DNA of 33,964 nucleotides from Myxococcales bacterium. Its GTDB lineage: Bacteria > Myxococcota_A > UBA9042. Location of the stretch: assembly GCA_037441385.1 (NCBI GenBank), contig JBBISH010000068.1, forward strand, positions 1 through 33,964, given 5' to 3'. Positions 26,775 through 33,964 of this stretch are shown here, in pieces (the stretch's first letter is position 1; each line of letters starts with the position of its first letter). The translations under genes and the position numbers were made by a program. Below the pieces are notes generated by a model, which searched no databases, was not told the origin of the DNA, and was given only the letters and a program-made list of their open reading frames with translations.

Positions 26775-28400
26775 CTACCTGACTTGAATCGTGGTGGTAC
26801 GGCCTGGGACGACGTAGATGACCCCAGGGCTGGGGCGGCGACCCGGGTTGGGCTCGTCGCCGCAGCGGCGCTCGACGTGGGCCCGGTTTTCGAGCAGGTC
26901 GCGCACGCGCTTTTCCACGCGCTCCAAATCTTCGGTCGCCATCTTGGGGTTGCGTGCCAGCAGGGCCTGTAGGCGCGCCACGGCGTCGGCCTCGCGGTGC
27001 AGCAGCAGGCAATAGTCCACGGCGAGCAAGACGGCCTCTAGGCTGGCGGGATTGTCGAGCGCGGCGCGGTCAGCCAAGCCCAGGCCCATCTCCAGCTCGC
27101 CCGCCGACAGGTCGAAGCACGCTGGCCGCGCACCCAAGTACTTGTCGTTGGCGCTCATGTGACCCAGCCCCTCGCCTGGGGCCCAGTAGAGCATGTCGCG
27201 CGCCAGTTGCAGTTCCACGCCAGACGGGTGCGAAAACCGCGCCTCGCCTGGCTCGGCGATGCCCAGGGCGCGCGCCGCGGCAAAATCGGCGCTGTCCAGT
27301 TTGCCGCGGAACAAGAAGGCGGCGATGTTGCCCGTAATTTGACGGACTTCGTTGACGCGCTCGCGGGGCGCGGCGGCCTGCAGCGCGGCAGCCGTGCGGG
27401 CAAACCCGACCAGTTCGTTGGCGAGCAGGCACTGGTTGGCCACGTAGGTTTTCCAGAGTGCGGCGGCGTCATTGCGACGGCCTGCCACCACGCGCTGCGA
27501 TACGCGCACCACGAGTTCTTGGCCGCGGAGCACGCGGTAGCCGAACCACGGCGCCGCGGCTTGCAGGGACTCGAAGAATCGTTCGACGTCGGCACCCTCG
27601 GCCTGCGGCGGGGAGCCCTGCAGATGGCGCTCGATGTGCTCCACCAACTGCCGCTGGGCTTCGGTCATCTCGCGCTCGCGCTCGGCCTTGAGTTGGTAGA
27701 TGCGCCGCATCAGCTCGAGGTAGCGGTCTTTGGCGAGCTGGAATTGCGGCGCAAGTTCCACCACTTTCTGCATGGCGGCCGACGCGCCCTGGACGTCGCC
27801 GCGGTCAGCCAGTTCCAGGCCGGCGCCATAGGCCGCGGCGTGCTCCAAGCGCTCCACGCGCGACACCTGCACGGGCTGGGCCCGCAACTCCGCGCCCTGC
27901 TTGGACTCGAGCGCAGCCTGCAAGCCATCGATCAGATTTTGCACCAGCTGCGACTGCAATTCGAAGAAATGCGTTTCGTCGCCGACCACATGCGCGGTCT
28001 TGACCACCTCGCCGGTGGCGATGCGAACCAGGCGTGTGTCGATGCGGACTTGCGGCTGCAGCGTGGCGAGCGAGCCAGCCAAGGCGTACTCGGCGCCCAG
28101 GCCGCGCCCCAGTTTCTGCACCGTGGCCGGGTCAAAGTAGGCGCTGCGCTGCAGCTTGAGCTCGCTGAGCAGGGCCTCTAGCTTGGCGCGTTCGACGACC
28201 TGCAGCGTGGGCACCTTGGCCAGGTCGGTGATCATCATGTCGGCCAGGCCCTTGCCCAGGTCGGCAAAGCGCGGGTCGGTCGAGCGGTTGTCGAAGTAGA
28301 GGACGGTCACCACCGTCTTGGCGTGGGCGGCTGCGGCCACCAGATTCGTGCCAAGGAGCGTCGCGGCCAGAACCAGGGCCCAAAGCCACTTGGAGCGCAC
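26775..28400 (-). CDS. Exported protein with CsgG/HfaB/FlgO-like N-terminal domain and helical C-terminus
   Basis: Signal ending AHA; VTVLYFDN...GKGLADMMITDL...QVVER..LE.LLSEL.LQ...LGRGLGAEY. Start GTG 28400 or TTG 28409. Confidence 0.82.
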   Translation of the reverse strand: MRSKWLWALVLAATLLGTNLVAAAAHAKTVVTVLYFDNRSTDPRFADLGKGLADMMITDLAKVPTLQVVERAKLEALLSELKLQRSAYFDPATVQKLGRGLGAEYALAGSLATLQPQVRIDTRLVRIATGEVVKTAHVVGDETHFFELQSQLVQNLIDGLQAALESKQGAELRAQPVQVSRVERLEHAAAYGAGLELADRGDVQGASAAMQKVVELAPQFQLAKDRYLELMRRIYQLKAEREREMTEAQRQLVEHIERHLQGSPPQAEGADVERFFESLQAAAPWFGYRVLRGQELVVRVSQRVVAGRRNDAAALWKTYVANQCLLANELVGFARTAAALQAAAPRERVNEVRQITGNIAAFLFRGKLDSADFAAARALGIAEPGEARFSHPSGVELQLARDMLYWAPGEGLGHMSANDKYLGARPACFDLSAGELEMGLGLADRAALDNPASLEAVLLAVDYCLLLHREADAVARLQALLARNPKMATEDLERVEKRVRDLLENRAHVERRCGDEPNPGRRPSPGVIYVVPGRTTTIQVR

Positions 28401-28590
28401 GGTATGCAACGTCCCTGCCCTGCCCGCCGCATCGCCCACAGCGCACCCGCCCAACCGTTCCTGGCTGGCTCTGTGCCCGAGACTACGCCGCGACCGCATT
28501 CCGGTCAACGGCAAGTCCCTGCTGAATTTGCAGCACAATCAGGCGTGCTCGCGGTGCCGGACCGGGGCACCCCTGGGTCGGCTTGCGGGG

Positions 28591-28667
28591 CCAGTGTCTG
28601 CACAACCGGACCGAATCCGGGGGTCAGCATCCGGACCTGGGGCTCGCTGGGTGAGCCCGCGCAGTTG
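28591..28667 (+). repeat. Possible highly degenerate repeat family B copy
   Basis: CCAGT...AACCGGACCGAA..C..GGG...CAGTTG roughly collinear with 9588-9668; weak match. Confidence 0.35.
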
Positions 28668-28822
28668 GGGTAGGCCGCGCAAACGAATTCCGCAGACGGT
28701 CGCCCGCGGGCGCCGCGACGTTGCCGTGATACTGCGTGCCCAGAGGCAATTGACGCGGCGCGGCATGGCGTCAAACTACCGGCGGCCCGGTGCGCCACGG
28801 CGTCTGCGCGAAGAGGTCTGCC

Positions 28823-30250
28823 ATGTCCAAAGTCATTGAACAATCAAGCGTGTCGACCGAAGTTGCCAGGCCTCTTGGGGTCGGCCCCTTGCGCGTCGCG
28901 ATCATCGGTTCGGGGCCCGCCGGCTTCTACGCCGCCGAGGCGTTGCTGAAGCAGACCGAGCCGGTGGTACACGTCGACATTTTTGACCGCCTGCCTACCC
29001 CGTTTGGCCTAGTGCGCGGCGGGGTTGCGCCAGACCACCCCAAGATCAAGGGCGTGGCCCGCGTGTTCGAGCGGACGGCGCAGCGCCCGGCGTTCCGCTT
29101 CTACGGCAACGTCCGCCTGGGCAAAGACATTTGGCTGGCCGACCTGCGCGAGCACTACCATCTGGTCATCTTGGCGGTGGGGAACGAGGCGGATCGGCGC
29201 ATGGGCGTGCCGGGCGAAGGCATCACGGGCAGCACGCCGGCCGCGGTGTTCGTGGGCTGGTACAACGGCCACCCCGACTACCGCGCGGCGCGGATTCGCC
29301 TGGACGTGCCGGCCGCGGCGGTGGTGGGGAACGGCAACGTGGCGGTGGACGTGGCGCGCATCCTGCTGCGGTCGCCCGAAGGCCTGGCCAAGACGGACAT
29401 TGCCAGCCATGCGCTGCAGGCTTTGGAGCAGAGCGCGGTGCGCGACGTGTACTTGCTGGGTCGGCGCGGGCCGGCGCAGGCGGCGTTTACGGCGGCCGAG
29501 TTGCGCGAACTGGCCGAACTGGACGACGTGGACATCGTGCTGGATCCGGCGGTGTTGGACCTGGACCCCGCGAGTGCGGCGGCGGTGGCGGCGGATTCGG
29601 GCAAGAAGCAGGTGCTGCAGGTGTTGCAGGCGCTGGCCGAGCGCCCGCTCGTGGGGCGACCGCGGCGGCTGCACATGCGCTTTTGGGTGTCGCCGCTGGC
29701 GGTGGAAGCGGGCGCGGACGACGCGGTGGCGGGGCTGCGACTCGAAAAGAATCGGCCCGAGGCGCGGAGCGATGGTCAAGTGGCGGCCAAGGGTACCGGC
29801 GAGCACGAGACGCTGCCGGTGGGGCTGGTGGTACCGGCGATTGGCTACGCGGGCGACCCGATCGAGGGCATTCCCTTTGATAGCAAGGCGCTGCGGATTC
29901 CCAGTCGCGACGGCCGGGTGGTTGACCCGGCGACGGGCGAGGCGGTGCCGCACCTCTACGTGGTGGGCTGGGCGCGGACGGGGCCGCAGGGGCTGATTGG
30001 CGCGCACAAGGCGAGCTCGGCCGAGGTGGTCCAGCGGGCGCTGGAAGACGCCGTGCACGATGGTCTGGCAGCGCGGACGTTGCCGCCGCCGGAGGCCTTG
30101 CTGGCCTTGCTGGCGAGCCGGCAGGTGCAGCACGTGAGCTTTGACGACTGGCAGCGCTTGGACGCCATCGAGGTGGCGCGCGGCGAGCGGCGCGGAGCCC
30201 CGCGCGACAAGTTCTCGGACGTCGAGGCGATATTGCGGGCGTTGGGGTAG
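28823..30250 (+). CDS. NADPH:ferredoxin oxidoreductase (adrenodoxin reductase/FprA-like)
   Basis: IIGSGPAGFYAA, PTPFGLVRGGVAPDH, FVGWYNGHPD, GNGNVAVDVARIL and GRRGPAQAAFT; ATG after AAGAGGT. Confidence 0.94.
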   Translation: MSKVIEQSSVSTEVARPLGVGPLRVAIIGSGPAGFYAAEALLKQTEPVVHVDIFDRLPTPFGLVRGGVAPDHPKIKGVARVFERTAQRPAFRFYGNVRLGKDIWLADLREHYHLVILAVGNEADRRMGVPGEGITGSTPAAVFVGWYNGHPDYRAARIRLDVPAAAVVGNGNVAVDVARILLRSPEGLAKTDIASHALQALEQSAVRDVYLLGRRGPAQAAFTAAELRELAELDDVDIVLDPAVLDLDPASAAAVAADSGKKQVLQVLQALAERPLVGRPRRLHMRFWVSPLAVEAGADDAVAGLRLEKNRPEARSDGQVAAKGTGEHETLPVGLVVPAIGYAGDPIEGIPFDSKALRIPSRDGRVVDPATGEAVPHLYVVGWARTGPQGLIGAHKASSAEVVQRALEDAVHDGLAARTLPPPEALLALLASRQVQHVSFDDWQRLDAIEVARGERRGAPRDKFSDVEAILRALG

Positions 30251-30317
30251 CGGGGCCGGCGCGCAAACTGGTTGGGGGGCAATTTCTGACCGGCTTGCAC
30301 GTTGGGGGGCATTTTCT
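30241..30317. repeat. 30-bp periodic direct repeat
   Basis: GTTGGGG at 30241, 30271 and 30301; the last two extend to GTTGGGGGGCAWTTTCT. Confidence 0.6.
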
Positions 30318-30488
30318 ACCGCGAGCCGGCGCTGGCGATCGGTGAAGCTGGCAAGACGTGGGCCCAGTGCCATCCATTCATGCTCCTGTGCGTTATCGCA
30401 TCCTGACCGACGCTGTGCTGCGAGGGCGTCAGAAGGAAGGGCGAATCGAAAACGAAATGGAATCGGTCCGTTGACGCCGTCGTGTTCT

Positions 30489-33299
30489 CTACGGGCACGG
30501 CGCAAAGAAGACGGCGCGGTGGCTGTCGGCAGCCCCGATGAAACCGAACGGCGTCGCGGCGAGCGGCGTCGGCATGCTGTTGTCGCCAAGACCGGGCAGC
30601 ACCTTGGGCGACACGGTCATTTGCGTCGTTGCTGCGTCGATGGCGGCGAAGGTCGCTCCGCCACTCGCAGCTATAGAAGCCCACAGCACGCCATAGGCCT
30701 TGCCATCGAAGGCAACGCCTGACGGTCCATCGCCGAACTCGCTGGTGCCAAGAAGCATCGATGGACCGAATTGCATCGCCTTGGCGTTGAACAGCCGAAA
30801 CTTGAAGGGGACGGCGCCACCTGGGCCGCCCGACCCATACGATGCGGCGATGCCGGCCTGCCAGCCGCTCGCATCCACGGCGACGCTGACCGTGCCGCCC
30901 AGGTCTGCGGCAGGCTCGGCAAGGGATGCGTCGACCACTCCATCCGGCTTGAACAGGGAGACGGAGATCCCCCCTTTGTATTGGGTCGCCATGTACCGGC
31001 CGGGGCCGTTCAGCCAGCGAATGTGCAGATCGCCCAAGGGCAGTCCAGTATAATGCGGAGCAACCTTGGTACTGCCGTCGTTGCCGAATGCGGCAAAGTA
31101 GACGCCCTGCGGCTTGGGCGACGTGCAGCACGTGATGTCCTCCCAGGTGACGCCGAACTGCCCGGCGACGGGATTCCACGCGACGGACGGTGCTGCCAGC
31201 CAGGACCCGAGGTTCAGGTCGGCCGACACGGGCTTCAAATCGGCGTCAAAGGTGCGGAAGTGCACCTCGTGGTTCATCGTACTTTCCCATTGGCCGATCT
31301 CCCACACGACGCCGTACACGGTGCCGTTCCAGGCAATGTCCACGCCGGCCACCCCTTTGCTCGTGTTGTTGAGCGTGACCGGTCCACCACTGCCGGTGCC
31401 ATCGCTGGCCACGTGGCGTAGTTCGTTGCCGGCTGCCATCAGCAGCAGTTGTTTGTTCGCGTTCCAGGTCAAGGCGAACACCGGAGCAGGCGCGTCGGGC
31501 CAGCCGTTGACGGACTCGTCGGTCAGGCCGTCGCAATCGTTGTCGGCGCCGTCACAGACTTCGGGGCTCGGCGGCAAGGGCGTGCAAGTACCGGGCTGAC
31601 CGGCCACGCAGGCGCTGACCGCGTGCTTGCAGTCGCCGATGCCGCACGTCAGGGTGCCCAGGTTCTCGTCCGTTAGCCCGTCGCAATCGTTGTCAATGCC
31701 GTCGCAGCCTTCAGCGCTGGGCGCGGTCCCGATGCAGGTGTCGGACGTTCCGGCACACGACCAGACGCCGGCACATGCACCGTAGCCATTGATCACGCTG
31801 CATGGCTGCCCGACCAGCCCCGAGGACGGACAGCAGTTGCCCAAGTCGAGGGCTGTGCAGACAAATGGCCAGGTCGGGTGCTGCGTACTCGAAACCGCAG
31901 CAATGCCGGGCGTATTCGCGCCTTCGAGGGGCGACCCCGTGTGGGATACTCCAGGGACAATGGCTTCATCGATCAGGCCTTGGGGCGGCGACAAAGCCAG
32001 CGCTGCCGTGAGTGCGCCGTGCAGGCCGGTCACCACCTTGTCAAACTCGCCCCGCAGCGCAACGTATCCGGGCGCGGGCCCAAGCGCCAGGGGTAGCTGT
32101 CCATTGAGTGCCGTCAGAAACGGGGAGTTCTGTGCCATCTCTGATGGCGTGGTCAGCGCCATCTGCGCCAGCACGCTGGTCGCGTTCCCGACTGACAGCC
32201 CTGAAGCGCTCGCCAGTAGCACGCTCGCCCAGTCGGCGAGATCGGCGCCGCCGTGGGGCGTACCGAGGGTCACGATCCGCGCAATATTCCCTGCGTACGG
32301 GCACTTGCCTGCACCAGGCGCGAACCAGTCACACCAGCCCGACGCACAGATGCCGGACGCCCCCATTCCCTGGACATAGGCGCGGGCGATGAGCCCGCCC
32401 ATGGAGTGGGACACAACGGTTACGGTCTGGTACTTCTTCTTGATCAATGGGTTGGCCAGAATAGTGGCAATCAGATCGCCTAGCACACAAGCGTTCTTTT
32501 CGATCGGCGCGAGGGAGTCATAGTCTGCGACGAATACGTTGACACCGCGCTGAGTCAACAAATTATCCAGCTGTCCCCAGGAGTTGGGGCTGCCGAACAG
32601 GCCATGCAAGAGCAAAACCGGCGGCTGATCGGAAGGCTGCACGGACGCAGTCTTGGGGTTGGGCTCGACCGAGGCGACCAGGATCGCCTTCCAGCTCAAG
32701 TGGGAGAGGCGCGCGGTCAGGACCGTGCCGCCGTCTTCTAGGTGCTGATCTGTCACAGGTTGCCACAGCTGGGCCTTGGGATCCCAATCCGCCACCAGCG
32801 CAGACGTCGCCGGATGTTCAGCGAGAAATGCCGCGGACAGGTGGAAGCGGAATTGCACGGGTTGAACAAACTGCATGCCGTTGGGCTGCACGTCGAGGAT
32901 GACTGCAGGTCTTGCGCCATCGACGGTGCGGGTCGCTTGATCCGATACATCGGTGATCGTCAAGCTCGTGGCCTGGGGGACGGCGCCGGCCGGTGCGACA
33001 ACCGTCAGCCCGGCGATCGCCGTTACGCTGTCTGGAAGCGCGAGCTCTACAGTGCTGCCCTGAGGTACGAGGGCGCCGCCCTCGGCATCCATCCAGACCC
33101 CGACATCGCCGGCAAGCATGTCTTCGGCGACGTCCTGGGACGTCGCCACGTCGGTAGACCCCGCAGAATTGGCGTCGAACCCTTCCAGTTGCGGCGCTCG
33201 GCTACCTGGCCACCCCGTGCAAGCAGGCATGAAGCCGGCCGCCAAGGCAAGCCATACAACGAGTCGAGAGACCAGGACAACAACAGAAACTCGGGACAT
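30489..33299 (-). CDS. Multidomain lipoprotein: ZU5-like domain, PGAP1/lipase-like alpha/beta hydrolase, CDGxDNDCDG repeats, propeller-like C-terminus
   Basis: Signal LVVWLALAAGFMPA-C; APAGAV..QPNGMQFVQPV..SHLSW; LLHGLFG, SHSMGG, LGTPHGG, candidate Asp (FDKVV) and His (VSHTG); two E.CDGxDNDCDGLTDE repeats. ATG 33299. Confidence 0.88.
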   Translation of the reverse strand: MSRVSVVVLVSRLVVWLALAAGFMPACTGWPGSRAPQLEGFDANSAGSTDVATSQDVAEDMLAGDVGVWMDAEGGALVPQGSTVELALPDSVTAIAGLTVVAPAGAVPQATSLTITDVSDQATRTVDGARPAVILDVQPNGMQFVQPVQFRFHLSAAFLAEHPATSALVADWDPKAQLWQPVTDQHLEDGGTVLTARLSHLSWKAILVASVEPNPKTASVQPSDQPPVLLLHGLFGSPNSWGQLDNLLTQRGVNVFVADYDSLAPIEKNACVLGDLIATILANPLIKKKYQTVTVVSHSMGGLIARAYVQGMGASGICASGWCDWFAPGAGKCPYAGNIARIVTLGTPHGGADLADWASVLLASASGLSVGNATSVLAQMALTTPSEMAQNSPFLTALNGQLPLALGPAPGYVALRGEFDKVVTGLHGALTAALALSPPQGLIDEAIVPGVSHTGSPLEGANTPGIAAVSSTQHPTWPFVCTALDLGNCCPSSGLVGQPCSVINGYGACAGVWSCAGTSDTCIGTAPSAEGCDGIDNDCDGLTDENLGTLTCGIGDCKHAVSACVAGQPGTCTPLPPSPEVCDGADNDCDGLTDESVNGWPDAPAPVFALTWNANKQLLLMAAGNELRHVASDGTGSGGPVTLNNTSKGVAGVDIAWNGTVYGVVWEIGQWESTMNHEVHFRTFDADLKPVSADLNLGSWLAAPSVAWNPVAGQFGVTWEDITCCTSPKPQGVYFAAFGNDGSTKVAPHYTGLPLGDLHIRWLNGPGRYMATQYKGGISVSLFKPDGVVDASLAEPAADLGGTVSVAVDASGWQAGIAASYGSGGPGGAVPFKFRLFNAKAMQFGPSMLLGTSEFGDGPSGVAFDGKAYGVLWASIAASGGATFAAIDAATTQMTVSPKVLPGLGDNSMPTPLAATPFGFIGAADSHRAVFFAPCP

Positions 33300-33652
33300 G
33301 GAGCCCCCGGCAACGCCTGGAGGGTCAACGCCGCCCAGCCAGGGACAGGCGCTGAGCCCGCACGACGTCAAGATCTTACTACTTTGGGACAATCGTGCCA
33401 GTTCCACACGGAGTCGACGCAGCCAAGACCGCCCTTGACAGCGACCACCGCAACGCCCACGTCGCACCCGCCAAACCGGACCCTCCAGCCTCAGCCAGTT
33501 GACTCTACGCACCTGACAGTCACGCGTCAACGCCAACGATTCCCTGAATTTCAGCCAAGAAATTCGCCGGCCGTTCAAAGCACCGGCGCGCAGCGCCAGA
33601 GGGCCCCTTGCCTGCGCCGCCTGCGGAACCTCGGCGGTCCTCGCCCCAGCCC

Positions 33653-33964
33653 TTAGACTGATCTTCCACCGCCGGAATCCAAAATCCCAAAAGGATCCAA
33701 GATTCTATCGTTGATCTTCCGTGACAATGTAGGCACTAACATCCTGATCTTCCTCTGGAACTCTCCATTGACCCAGCGCATAATCGACGCCATGAGCACG
33801 CCAAAGAAATCCGTCCACGTCGCGACCACCCGCCGCCACTACAAGGACAAGGTCTACGAGGCCCACTTGCTGCGCCACAGCTTCCGCGAGGACGGCAAGG
33901 TCAAGACCGAAACCCTGGCAAACCTTACGCATTTGGGCCCACACCTCGTCGAGGTCATCCGCCA
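33653..33964 (+). mobile_element. IS1634-family insertion sequence, left part (truncated by window)
   Basis: GC drops from about 33653 (TTAGACTGATCTTCC, candidate left end); TGATCTTCC occurs three times; a transposase start follows. Exact end not verifiable. Confidence 0.7.
33792..33964 (+). CDS. IS1634-family transposase, N-terminal fragment
   Basis: Own translation: MSTPKKSVHVATTRRHYKDKVYEAHLLRHSFREDGKVKTETLANLTHL; LLRxSxRExGKVKxxTLANL is typical of IS1634 N-termini. Absent from the ORF track because it has no stop in the window. Confidence 0.85.
   Translation, partial: MSTPKKSVHVATTRRHYKDKVYEAHLLRHSFREDGKVKTETLANLTHLGPHLVEVIR

Noticed and set aside
26775..28400. Calling the gene csgG
   Set aside because: Too long, no lipobox and no csg neighbours; only a domain-level resemblance.

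Overview
GC-rich bacterial chromosomal window. The Hanks kinase-TPR gene, Cys-rich CDDGNPCTxDxC and CDGxDNDCDG lipoproteins and frequent TAG stops suggest Myxococcota or a relative (inference). It holds 15 complete CDSs plus a truncated IS1634-type transposase. Two are housekeeping-type enzymes (class II fructose-bisphosphate aldolase, FprA-like NADPH:ferredoxin reductase); most of the rest are envelope or secreted proteins, seven with lipoprotein-like signal peptides. Best candidates for undescribed biology: (i) a three-gene operon of a ~1000-aa unknown lipoprotein, a ~1145-aa metzincin lipoprotein and a small outer-membrane beta-barrel (17486-25209); (ii) a lipoprotein with a ZU5-like domain ending in an H-L-S autoproteolysis-type motif directly before an alpha/beta hydrolase (30489-33299); (iii) a dispersed ~127-bp repeat family, two copies of which read in frame into lipoprotein genes. 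Also present: a second hairpin repeat family and two MITEs, one nested in a REP-like element. No rRNA, tRNA or CRISPR array was seen. Several start codons are uncertain, and all family assignments come from motif recognition, not database searches.
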